Origin: a virus | Lineage: Duplodnaviria; Caudoviricetes | Direction: 5' to 3' (one strand) | Length of the DNA: 64,000 nt | IMG/VR virus record: IMGVR_UViG_3300032280_000800 | Coordinates: 47,750 to 111,749 of that record | Part shown: piece by piece, positions 9,156-18,307 of the stretch | Layout of the letters: every line of letters starts with the position of its first letter | Position numbering within the stretch: position 1 is the first letter of the stretch | Notes under the pieces: model-generated | Seen by the model: the letters and a program-made list of their open reading frames with translations, nothing else | What the model was told of the DNA's origin: nothing | The model's database searches: none | Translations under genes and position numbers: made by a program

Positions 9156-10637
9156 ATGAAAACTACAGAATATTTGGCAGACCCTTCGGCTGAGCGTGCG
9201 GTTTTATCTGGTTTATGTAAATATGGTGAAAATTCTTATTTAGATATTTCTGATCTTTTATCCAGCAAATCTTTCACCATAGACAGTAACGCTCTAATAT
9301 ATAGTTGCATACAGCACATATATAATAATGACAATAATGCAGTTATTGATTTGGCATATATATACTCTGTAGCTCAAGATCTGGGTTGCAAAGATGCTTT
9401 ATCGTCAAAAGATGAAGCCATGCATATCAAGGCTATATTAGATTTCCCTGTTGATCAAAGTAATATCAGAAAATTTGCCACTAAAATCAAGAAGCTTGAA
9501 GTAGCTAGGAATATTAGTGAACAACTTGGAATAGCACAAAAAGAGCTGAGTGACATAACAGGATCAGAGTCTATTGCGGAAATACTAAATATAGCAGAGA
9601 GTAAGGTTTTCGATTTGGGTCTATTGCTAGGAGACGGTAAATCTGAGCCAGAAGCTATCGGAAAGAATATAGATGAGTATATTCAAAATCTAGAAGATAA
9701 TCCTGTTGATCAAGTAGGTTTGTCTACTGGATTCCCTATATATGACCAAGCAATAGGTGGAGGGTTAAGGAAAAGCACAGTAAATGTTATTGCGGCCAGA
9801 CCCAAAACTGGCAAAACATTATTAGCAGATAATATGGGATATTATTTAGCCAATAGCAATATTCCTGTATTAAATATGGACACGGAAATGACAACTGAAG
9901 ATCATATTAATCGTATTATTGGTATGATGACAGAGGTGGATTTGAGAACCATAGAAACAGGTAAATTCAAAGACTCTGCGGACTTAAAAAGCAAAGTATA
10001 TGATGCTAAGTCCAGATTAAAAAATATGAAGCTTTATTACAAGTCAATAGCTGGTAAGCCATTTGATGAACAATTGGCTATTATGAGAAGATGGATTATC
10101 AAAGAGGTTGGCTTAAATGATGACGGAACAGCAAAAGATTGTGTAATATTTTACGATTATTTAAAGCTAATGGATTCTATAGGTATGTCTCAAGATCTAA
10201 AAGAATATCAAGTATTAGGCTTTATGATGACATCATTACATAATTTTGCGACCAAGTATAAAATACCGATAGTGGCCTTTGTTCAGTTAAATCGTGATGG
10301 TATAACTAAAGAAAGTACAGACACAGCAAGCGGATCAGACAGAATCATCTGGTTGTGTAGTAACTTTTCTATTTTTAAACGCAAGTCTGATGAAGAAATT
10401 GCCGAAGATGGACCTGCGGCAGGAAATAGGAAGCTGATACCTCTTGTTAGTAGACATGGTGGCGGACTCGATGATAACGACTATATAAACTGTCACATGA
10501 AGGGTTGGTGTGCACAAATTACAGAGGGGCAAACCAAACTAGAACTAACAAATAATTCTCCAAAAAATAGAAACACATTCCAAATTACTACAGATATAAC
10601 AGATGAGCAAAACGAAGAAGAAATCCCGTTCGTTTAG
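9156..10637 (+). CDS. dnaB: replicative DNA helicase DnaB
   Basis: AERAVLS N-domain, STGF..YD..IGGGL, AARPKTGKT, EM, YDYLKLM, QLNR. Confidence 0.93.
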   Translation: MKTTEYLADPSAERAVLSGLCKYGENSYLDISDLLSSKSFTIDSNALIYSCIQHIYNNDNNAVIDLAYIYSVAQDLGCKDALSSKDEAMHIKAILDFPVDQSNIRKFATKIKKLEVARNISEQLGIAQKELSDITGSESIAEILNIAESKVFDLGLLLGDGKSEPEAIGKNIDEYIQNLEDNPVDQVGLSTGFPIYDQAIGGGLRKSTVNVIAARPKTGKTLLADNMGYYLANSNIPVLNMDTEMTTEDHINRIIGMMTEVDLRTIETGKFKDSADLKSKVYDAKSRLKNMKLYYKSIAGKPFDEQLAIMRRWIIKEVGLNDDGTAKDCVIFYDYLKLMDSIGMSQDLKEYQVLGFMMTSLHNFATKYKIPIVAFVQLNRDGITKESTDTASGSDRIIWLCSNFSIFKRKSDEEIAEDGPAAGNRKLIPLVSRHGGGLDDNDYINCHMKGWCAQITEGQTKLELTNNSPKNRNTFQITTDITDEQNEEEIPFV

Positions 10638-11760
10638 TCAGGCCAAGATTAAGGCTGTATGCGACGAATTGTGTGACAATATAGACTTGTTATGTGAAAC
10701 ATTTCAACTAAATTGTAAACACACAAATAAAATGATAACAATGGCATGTCCAATTCATGGTGGAGATAATGAATCGGCACTTAACTTATATTACGTTGGA
10801 GACTCCTATCGAGGTAATTGGGTGTGTAGAACACACCACTGCGAAAGAATTTTCCAACCATCAATTATAGGGTTTCTAAGAGGCGTACTGTCTGTTAAAA
10901 ATAGTAACTGGAACAAAGATGGAGATGAAACGTATAGTTTTGATGATACTATGACAATGGCATTAAAAATTTTACAAAAAGATCTTAGGGATATTAAAAC
11001 TAATAATGTTAATCTAGAGAAAAAAACATTTATTAAGAATATACAAAGTATATCCCCTGTTATTAATAATCTTGATAAATTACCCAGTAGAACAATGGTG
11101 AGAAAAGCATTAGATATACCAGCAAATTATTATTTACAAAGAGGATACTCTACAAATATTCTAGATAAATACGATATTGGCTTGTGTGATAATCCAAATA
11201 AAGAAATGTTTGATAGAATCGTAGTACCAGTATATGACCAACAACATAGTCGTATGGTAGGTTGTAGTGGAAGAAGCATTCATGAAAAATGCCAAAAATG
11301 CTCTTATTATCATAATCCTAAAACAGATTGCGTAGGCCATGAGTATGGATGGAAGTACTCTAAATGGAAACATAATAAAGACTTTAAGTCTAAAGATCAC
11401 CTTTACAACCTATGGTTCTCTAAAGAATATATACTTAAGACCGGCATAGCTGTGATAGTTGAAAGTCCGGGTAATGTATGGAGATTAGAAGAAGCAGGAA
11501 TCAAGAACTCGGTAGCCATATTTGGAACATCTCTAAGCGATAGACAAAAAATGCTACTAGATTGTTCTGGGGCTATGTCTCTATTGGTACTATTAGACAG
11601 CGACGAAGCTGGACAGGTTGGAACAAAACAAATATACGATAAGTGCTATAGAACATATAATGTTAAAACACTATCAATCGTTACTAACGATATAGCCGAT
11701 ATGGATGTAGATACTGTTAAACGAACTATTATACCAGAAATGGAAAAGATACATGTCTAA
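10603..11760 (+). CDS. dnaG: DNA primase (zinc finger + TOPRIM)
   Basis: CPIHGGDN...CRTHHC zinc finger, RIVVPV, GCSGR, IVES TOPRIM glutamate, LDSDEAG DxD. Confidence 0.9.
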   Translation: MSKTKKKSRSFSQAKIKAVCDELCDNIDLLCETFQLNCKHTNKMITMACPIHGGDNESALNLYYVGDSYRGNWVCRTHHCERIFQPSIIGFLRGVLSVKNSNWNKDGDETYSFDDTMTMALKILQKDLRDIKTNNVNLEKKTFIKNIQSISPVINNLDKLPSRTMVRKALDIPANYYLQRGYSTNILDKYDIGLCDNPNKEMFDRIVVPVYDQQHSRMVGCSGRSIHEKCQKCSYYHNPKTDCVGHEYGWKYSKWKHNKDFKSKDHLYNLWFSKEYILKTGIAVIVESPGNVWRLEEAGIKNSVAIFGTSLSDRQKMLLDCSGAMSLLVLLDSDEAGQVGTKQIYDKCYRTYNVKTLSIVTNDIADMDVDTVKRTIIPEMEKIHV

Positions 11761-12346
11761 TTTTATTTTAGCTTTTGCGGGAAGAAAGCAGTCGGGTAAG
11801 ACAACATGCGCTCAATTTGCAGGAGAAATATTTGCAGCGCATACTATGAAAAAATATGATGTGTATAACTTTGCGGACCCATTAAAACAAGACATCTGTA
11901 TAAATATACTTGGATTAACATATGATCAATGTTATGGTAGTGATGATCAAAAAAATGAACTAGTAGACTGTTACTGGGAGAACAAACAACTATCCGCAAG
12001 GGAAGTTATGCAAATGGTGGGAACGGATATGTTTAGAAAACTACAAACAAATGTTTGGTCAGAAGCTACCATTAGGAGAATTAAAAAAGATAATCCTAGA
12101 CTAGGCATAATAGCCGATTGCAGATTTCCAAATGAGGTCGAGGCCATTAAGAGCGCTGGTGGACTAGTTATTAAGCTTACTAGAAATCCATATAATTCTG
12201 ATCATAGTAGCGAAATAGCGCTGGACGAAAATAATTATGATCATAGTAGATTCGATATGGTTATTGATAATAAACATATGACTATACAGCAACAAAATGC
12301 TATTTTATTAGATTTTCTTAAGCATAAAGGAATATTACAATTATAA
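11753..12346 (+). CDS. deoxynucleoside monophosphate kinase
   Basis: GRKQSGKTT, FADPLK, REVMQMVGT, DCRFPNE, HSSE motifs. Confidence 0.88.
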   Translation: MSNFILAFAGRKQSGKTTCAQFAGEIFAAHTMKKYDVYNFADPLKQDICINILGLTYDQCYGSDDQKNELVDCYWENKQLSAREVMQMVGTDMFRKLQTNVWSEATIRRIKKDNPRLGIIADCRFPNEVEAIKSAGGLVIKLTRNPYNSDHSSEIALDENNYDHSRFDMVIDNKHMTIQQQNAILLDFLKHKGILQL

Positions 12347-13404
12347 TTACATATTTTAGAAGCTCGTCATATAATACGCATTCTATGTGCGAGCAACAAT
12401 ATTTTATTGAATATGTTCTTGGTAGACGAGGACTATCAAATAAAAAAGCAGACAAAGGGACTATAGTTCATAAGGTACTAGAAATACTAGCCTTGATGAA
12501 AAAAGCACATCAAGATAAACTAGAAAGTATCAATGACGATATTGTAGGACTAATAGACTTTAAAAAACAAGATATGCATGATGATAAATTCATTTTATCG
12601 TTAGTAAATATTATTTATGAGTATTATACATCTCAGTGTCAGCATCACTCATGGTCAGAAAAAGACCGTAAAGATTGTATAGAATGGGTGAGCAAAACTC
12701 TTAGATCTCATAATCGCATGTTTGACCCAAGAGAGCGCAATATCTTTAGGGCTGAGCAACACTTTGATCTTGTAATAGATAAAGAGTGGGCTAAGTATGT
12801 ATATGATATAGACGGAAAAAAGGTGAGTGGTAATTTAGCTATCAAAGGAACCATAGACTTAGTTACCAAAATAGATGATTCTACACTAGAGATAATTGAC
12901 TGGAAAACTGGAAGAAGACTAAACTGGGCAACCGGCGAAGAAAAAACACAAGCAAAGCTGGAGGATGATCCACAGTTAAAGCTTTATCATTATGCTATTC
13001 ATCGTTTATTTCCAGAATTTAAACATATTATTGTGACAATCAACTTCATTAATGATGGTGGTCCGTTCTCAATATGTTTTGATAATGAAGATAATGCTGC
13101 TAAGACCGAGTATATGCTTAGAGAAAAGTTTATTCATATACAGAAAACACAAAAGCCAAAACTTAAAAAATCTTGGATGTGTAGTAAGTTATGTCATTTT
13201 GGTAAAAATACATTCGTTAACGATAAGCACGTATCACCAATTGTGGAATATAGAGATAATCAGTTAACTCCAAAAAATGCAACAATGACACAGTGTGAAC
13301 AAATTAAGCACGATTTGGAATTACATGGTATGAATGAGGCTGTTGACATCTATCAGCTCCCAGGATATAGTGTAGGTACCTACAAAGCACCCGGAGAAGT
13401 ATAA
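12340..13404 (+). CDS. Cas4/AddB-like PD-(D/E)xK exonuclease with probable Fe-S ligands (probable ATT start)
   Basis: GTIVHKVLE, KGTIDLV, IIDWKTG, QLKLY, Cys ligands (MCEQ; CSKLC...C). The frame is open upstream of the ATG at 12385 and encodes the family's N-terminal motif FRSSSYN..C. Confidence 0.85.
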   Translation: MIITYFRSSSYNTHSMCEQQYFIEYVLGRRGLSNKKADKGTIVHKVLEILALMKKAHQDKLESINDDIVGLIDFKKQDMHDDKFILSLVNIIYEYYTSQCQHHSWSEKDRKDCIEWVSKTLRSHNRMFDPRERNIFRAEQHFDLVIDKEWAKYVYDIDGKKVSGNLAIKGTIDLVTKIDDSTLEIIDWKTGRRLNWATGEEKTQAKLEDDPQLKLYHYAIHRLFPEFKHIIVTINFINDGGPFSICFDNEDNAAKTEYMLREKFIHIQKTQKPKLKKSWMCSKLCHFGKNTFVNDKHVSPIVEYRDNQLTPKNATMTQCEQIKHDLELHGMNEAVDIYQLPGYSVGTYKAPGEV

Positions 13405-15296
13405 TGTATATTCCTTTGCATGTTCACACACACTATAGTTTATTAGACGGCCTATCTAAACCAGAACAAATAGCAAAGAGATGTCAAGCTATTGGTGTGA
13501 CCAGCTGTGCCGTGACTGATCATGGCACAATATCTGGTAATGTTAATTTTTATAAGACTATGAAGAAAAATGGTATTAAGCCAATTATGGGCTGTGAATT
13601 ATATATTTGTAATAATGATGCTACCATTAAAGATAAAACAAATAATGATCTATCTCATATGGTTGTGTTGTGCAAAAATTATAAGGGATGGCAAGACCTA
13701 ATCAATTTGGTTTCTCTATCTAATAATGCTGAGCATTTCTATTATAAACCTAGACTAGATCTTGATCTTATAAAAAGAACGCTTAATGGTAATCAGAACC
13801 TTATTTGTATTACCGGACACCCAGGATCCACCTTGTGTGATACTATCTATAGTTTTGATAATTCAAGCCTATTAGATAATTGGGAAAATAAAGGCTTGGA
13901 ACATATTCAAAAACTATATGATATTTTTGGCAAAAATAATGTATTTATAGAAATACAGCTAATGGATTCACAAAATACTCATCAGCAAACTATAGGAACA
14001 ACATTAAGAAAATTATCGGTGTCACATAATCTTCCAAGAGTTGCAACAATTGACGCTCACTATTGCGAAGCATCTGATGCTGTTGATCAAAGAGTATTAC
14101 TGTGTAGTTCTTTGAAAGTCACCTTGCCAGAAATATCTAATAAAATCATTAATAACGAAAAGGTTCCACTATCTAGCTTTTTTATATCTGATAAGTATTA
14201 TATACTATCTCCAGATGAAATGCAGGAAATACACGATAAAGAAGAGTTAGATAATACCATTCTAATAAATAGTATGTGTGAGGAGTATGAAATACTTTCT
14301 TCTCCACAATTACCAAACTTTCATTGTCCAGACCAGCAAAAGCCTATCGATTACCTAAGACATTTATGTAGACAGGGCTGGTTAAGTAAAATACAAAATA
14401 AAATTCCAAAAGAAGAACAGGCCGTTTATGTAGATAGGGTAAAAAAAGAACTAGATATTCTTGAGGCCACTAATCTAGCAAGTTATTTTTTAATCATACG
14501 AGATATCGTTAGTTATGTAAAAAATAAGAATTGTTTACCTGGGCCAGGAAGAGGATCTGCTGCTGGATGTTTAGTCTCTTATCTTATTGGGATTACAGGA
14601 ATAGATCCGATTAGGTATGATTTAATCTTTGAAAGATTCTATAATACAGGTAGGAATACAAGCACGAACATCTCCATGCCAGATATAGACGTTGACGTAC
14701 CTATTGAACATCGAGAAGAAATTATCAACTATATTAAAAATAAGTATGGTTATGATAAGGTGTCTCAAATGATTACTTTTAATACTCTGAAGGGTAGAGG
14801 TGCTCTCAAGGAAGTATTGAGAATATATGGTAATATATCATTTGAAGAAATGAATAGAATCACAAAACATATTCCTGATGAAGCTAAAATAGCAGATGAA
14901 CTACAAGAAATGAAAGAAGAAGATGGAGAAGCTTCTATCATAAAGTGGGCTCTAGAGAATAACGGAGCAAAGCTTAAGGAATGGTGTTATATAGGTGACG
15001 ACGGAGCCTTATACGGGCCTCTTGCCAAGCGTTTTGAACAGGCTATTAGATTGGAGGGGTCAAAGTACAATCAATCTAAACACGCAGCAGGTATAGCCAT
15101 ATCCAACAAGTCACTAAACACAATTTGTCCAATGATCTGGGACTCAAAAACAGAGCAAAGCATAGCCGGATTTGAAATGGCTGATTTAGAATCTATTGGG
15201 GTTATCAAGTTTGATATTCTTGGTATAGCATTGTTAGATAAAATTATGTGTGTTAGGGATATACTAAAAACCAAAAAGGTGAAATGTGCTATTTGA
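13404..15296 (+). CDS. dnaE: DNA polymerase III alpha, N-terminal part (PHP + palm/thumb)
   Basis: HVHTHYSLLDG, TDHG, GPGRGSAAG, FERF, PDIDVD, HAAG, KFDILG; ends just after the third catalytic Asp. Confidence 0.93.
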   Translation: MYIPLHVHTHYSLLDGLSKPEQIAKRCQAIGVTSCAVTDHGTISGNVNFYKTMKKNGIKPIMGCELYICNNDATIKDKTNNDLSHMVVLCKNYKGWQDLINLVSLSNNAEHFYYKPRLDLDLIKRTLNGNQNLICITGHPGSTLCDTIYSFDNSSLLDNWENKGLEHIQKLYDIFGKNNVFIEIQLMDSQNTHQQTIGTTLRKLSVSHNLPRVATIDAHYCEASDAVDQRVLLCSSLKVTLPEISNKIINNEKVPLSSFFISDKYYILSPDEMQEIHDKEELDNTILINSMCEEYEILSSPQLPNFHCPDQQKPIDYLRHLCRQGWLSKIQNKIPKEEQAVYVDRVKKELDILEATNLASYFLIIRDIVSYVKNKNCLPGPGRGSAAGCLVSYLIGITGIDPIRYDLIFERFYNTGRNTSTNISMPDIDVDVPIEHREEIINYIKNKYGYDKVSQMITFNTLKGRGALKEVLRIYGNISFEEMNRITKHIPDEAKIADELQEMKEEDGEASIIKWALENNGAKLKEWCYIGDDGALYGPLAKRFEQAIRLEGSKYNQSKHAAGIAISNKSLNTICPMIWDSKTEQSIAGFEMADLESIGVIKFDILGIALLDKIMCVRDILKTKKVKCAI

Positions 15297-15468
15297 AGAA
15301 ATTTTAGCTGGTCAAAGATTCAGACATAATGAATACGAGTATTTAAAAATACCAGAAATTAAACAGACTTGTTGTAAGATTCAAGCTAATGCCATAAGAT
15401 TAAAAGATAATAAAGAAACACTGTTCGAATACAAATCCCAAGTGGAGATCATTATAGATGATAAATAA
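15286..15468 (+). CDS. small hypothetical protein between the dnaE halves
   Basis: 60-aa GTG-start ORF overlapping both neighbours, preceded by AAGG. Confidence 0.6.
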   Translation: MLFEEILAGQRFRHNEYEYLKIPEIKQTCCKIQANAIRLKDNKETLFEYKSQVEIIIDDK

Positions 15469-16156
15469 TAAAATATGCGTTTTTGATTTTGAGACCGATG
15501 GAAAAAATCCAGAAGAGTGTAGTCCGGTCCAGCTTTCTGCTCTAATTATTGATCCGATTAAATTAGAGATTATACCAAAATCTGAATTTAATACGTTTCT
15601 AAAGCCAGATAAATTAATAGATACAACAATAAGTAATCCTTATACTGATTCTGACATTCTGGAGTGGCATGGCAAAATTAGAAACATATCCTCTGATCAA
15701 GTATTAGAAGAATGGAAAACTTATCCAGAGCAGAAATATGCTTGGGCACAATTTGTAACATATTTAGATAAGTATCACCTAAAGTCTAATGGTGGCAAAA
15801 AGTCTCAATTCACAGCACCAATAGCTGCTGGATATAATATATTACGATTTGATATGCCCATCGTGAATAGGCTGAGTAATAAATATAGTAATACAAATAA
15901 AGAGAAAGAGACATGTTTATTTCATCCACGAGATAAGATTGATATTATGCATGTATTCGGTATGTGGATGAGCTATGTGTCAGAAGTTAAGGGACTATCT
16001 CTGGATAGTATGAGAGACTATCTGGGTATAGATAAAACAAATGCTCACAATGCCTTAAAGGATGTTGAGGATTGTGCTCAAATTTTAATTAGATTTTTAA
16101 AGCTACATAAAAAATTAAGCCAAAAGATTAAATTCAAGGACTCGTTTAAAGTATGA
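15458..16156 (+). CDS. DEDDh 3'-5' exonuclease (DnaQ/epsilon-like)
   Basis: FDFETDG (ExoI), GYNILRFD (ExoII), AHNALKD (ExoIII). Confidence 0.9.
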   Translation: MINNKICVFDFETDGKNPEECSPVQLSALIIDPIKLEIIPKSEFNTFLKPDKLIDTTISNPYTDSDILEWHGKIRNISSDQVLEEWKTYPEQKYAWAQFVTYLDKYHLKSNGGKKSQFTAPIAAGYNILRFDMPIVNRLSNKYSNTNKEKETCLFHPRDKIDIMHVFGMWMSYVSEVKGLSLDSMRDYLGIDKTNAHNALKDVEDCAQILIRFLKLHKKLSQKIKFKDSFKV

Positions 16157-17760
16157 AGACAGTTACATTTGATGATTGTAAGTGTAAATTTCATTTAAAT
16201 AATGAAGATACTATTGACTTAGATATTGACATAGAAAATATGGATCTTCATTGTCCTAAAACATGGAGAATGATATCCGATGGTAATACCAAGGGATGTT
16301 TTCAGTTAGAGTCTAGACTAGGACAAAGCATGGCTAAAAAACTAAAGCCAGAAAATATAGAACAATTATCTGCGCTTATTAGTATTATGAGACCAGGATG
16401 TCTAGAAGCATATCGTGATGGTAAATCTGTAAGTAATCACTATATTGATAAAAAAAATAAGAATGAAGCCGTAGACTTCTTTCATCCAGCACTAGAGCCT
16501 ATACTGAGTACCACATACGGAGAAATGGTATATCAAGAACAGGCTATGCAAATTTGTCAAAAAATAGCTAATTTCGACCTTACAGAAGCTGATCAGTTAA
16601 GAAAAGCTATCGGTAAGAAAAAGCCAGAAGAAATGGTGAAGATTAAAAAATTATTTCTACATAAATCTGAGGCTAGTAACATTATCTCCAAAGCAGAATC
16701 CGAGGAGCTATTCGGATGGATTGAAAAGAGTCAAAGATACTCCTTTAATAAGAGTCACGCTGTAAGCTATGCATACAACGCATACTTATCTGCATACACA
16801 AAAGCTCACTTTCCAGTAGAGTTTTTTGCCTCTTATTTAAAATTTGCTAAGGATAAAATAGATCCACTAAAAGAGATACAAGAATTAATTAGTAATGCAA
16901 ATGAGATGGGTGTTACTGTTAGACTACCGTCTATTCTTAATCCATCAAAAGAATTCTTTATTAATACAGAAGATGATAGTATTTGGTTTGGATTAACTAA
17001 TATAAAGGGTCTTGGAGACTCTGTTTATGATAAGTTAAATCAATTATTACAGCAGTACTCTATTGGGACGATGAACTTTACCCACATATACTGTTATATA
17101 TTAAGACATATAAATTCAACAGCTTGTAAGGGATTAATATCGGCTGGTGCTATTACTAATGCTACTATTTCTAGAACTAAGATGCTATTTTATTATGAAA
17201 TATTGAACAATCTAACAAATAGAGAGGTCGATGTTTTAGCTAAGGTTTGTGAAAATCATCCGATAGATCGCGCTTTACAAATATTAGTAAACTCTAATAT
17301 AATCAAAATTACAGTTAAAAGAAAACAAACTATTGGATCTTTAATTAATACAATCAATCATCCTCCATATAATCTTGAGGATAGTCCTGAGTGGTTGGCA
17401 AATAATGAAAAGTTTTATTTAGGAGCATCTATTACATGCCACAAGATTGATGGCTGTGATATATATTCGGCCAATGTAGAATGTAAAGATTTAGCACAAG
17501 GAACCAATACAAAAGTACCAATTCTTGGTGCAGAAATAAGTGAGATTAATGTTATTCGTACTAAAAGAGGAGTAAATCCTGGTCAAGAAATGGCTTTTAT
17601 AAAAGTCACAGACTCAACAGGGTCTTCTGATTTAGTGGTTTTCCCAGAAGAGTACTCCCAGTATAAAGACCTATTAATGGACGGAAATACATTACTAATT
17701 AAATTAGACAGGTCCAAAGATAAGGAGACTTTCATTATTAAAAAATGTTGGCAAGTCTGA
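16153..17760 (+). CDS. dnaE: DNA polymerase III alpha, C-terminal part (fingers, HhH, OB)
   Basis: GCFQLES, MRPG, TYGEMVYQEQAM, ADQLRKAIGKK, YSFNKSHA, GLTNIKGLG (HhH), EMAFIKVTDSTG (OB). Confidence 0.93.
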   Translation: MKTVTFDDCKCKFHLNNEDTIDLDIDIENMDLHCPKTWRMISDGNTKGCFQLESRLGQSMAKKLKPENIEQLSALISIMRPGCLEAYRDGKSVSNHYIDKKNKNEAVDFFHPALEPILSTTYGEMVYQEQAMQICQKIANFDLTEADQLRKAIGKKKPEEMVKIKKLFLHKSEASNIISKAESEELFGWIEKSQRYSFNKSHAVSYAYNAYLSAYTKAHFPVEFFASYLKFAKDKIDPLKEIQELISNANEMGVTVRLPSILNPSKEFFINTEDDSIWFGLTNIKGLGDSVYDKLNQLLQQYSIGTMNFTHIYCYILRHINSTACKGLISAGAITNATISRTKMLFYYEILNNLTNREVDVLAKVCENHPIDRALQILVNSNIIKITVKRKQTIGSLINTINHPPYNLEDSPEWLANNEKFYLGASITCHKIDGCDIYSANVECKDLAQGTNTKVPILGAEISEINVIRTKRGVNPGQEMAFIKVTDSTGSSDLVVFPEEYSQYKDLLMDGNTLLIKLDRSKDKETFIIKKCWQV

Positions 17761-17761
17761 C

Positions 17762-17789
17762 TTGACATGTTCGTGCGTTCTGATACAAT
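17762..17789 (+). promoter_or_regulatory. sigma70-type promoter with extended -10
   Basis: TTGACA (17762-17767), 16 nt, TACAAT (17784-17789) preceded by TG; upstream of ssb. Same GATACAATA as the 841 promoter. Confidence 0.7.
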
Positions 17790-17831
17790 AAACCGTGGTT
17801 CGATCATACACTTTTGATTTTAGGAGCATTT

Positions 17832-18245
17832 ATGAATTTAGTAATTTTGAGAGGTAATTTAGCCAGAGATCCGGAGATCAGGTACGTTAATCCATCTGGC
17901 AAAGAGACTGCCGTAGTTAATTTTACTGTGGCTGTTTCCAGAGAATTTACCAAAAACAACGGCGAAAATGATAAGGTCACAACTTTTGTGAATTGTGAGG
18001 CATGGGACACTGGTGCTGAAGCAATATCTTCTTCTTTTAGAAAGGGCGATTTGGTAATGATCGAAGGATCTCTAAGGAATGATACCTGGGAAAAGGATGG
18101 CGTCAAACGGTCAACGATGAAGGTACGAGTTAATAATTTTGCTCGTATACAGAAGGTGGTAAAGGGAGGACAAACTAAAACTTCTACCGCCAATGCAGAC
18201 GCTGATGTGGATACGCAGGAGAATGAGGAAGTTGTAGCGTTTTGA
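17832..18245 (+). CDS. ssb: single-stranded DNA-binding protein
   Basis: MNLVILRGNLARDPEIRY, FTVAVSR, IEGSLRNDTWEKDG, acidic tail ending in AF. SD AGGAG before the ATG at 17832. Confidence 0.93.
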   Translation: MNLVILRGNLARDPEIRYVNPSGKETAVVNFTVAVSREFTKNNGENDKVTTFVNCEAWDTGAEAISSSFRKGDLVMIEGSLRNDTWEKDGVKRSTMKVRVNNFARIQKVVKGGQTKTSTANADADVDTQENEEVVAF

Positions 18246-18262
18246 GGATGGTGTGTGAACAG

Positions 18263-18295
18263 TAGCCCCTTCGCAAGGAGGGGCTATATGTTTTT
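18263..18295 (+). terminator. intrinsic terminator after ssb
   Basis: TAGCCCCTTC-GCAA-GGAGGGGCTA hairpin with a GNRA loop, followed by TATGTTTTT. Confidence 0.75.
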
Positions 18296-18307
18296 ATATA
18301 TAAATAC

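Noticed and set aside
12340-13404. Cas4-like gene as part of a CRISPR-Cas system
   Set aside because: No repeat-spacer array or other cas genes are visible; solo Cas4/AddB-like nucleases are common in phage replication modules.
15200-16260. Split intein or self-splicing intron explaining the dnaE split
   Set aside because: No intein block motifs at either junction, and the intervening DNA is fully occupied by overlapping ORFs, leaving no room for a ribozyme core.
17804-18193. 129-aa minus-strand ORF
   Set aside because: Antisense shadow of the well-supported ssb gene.
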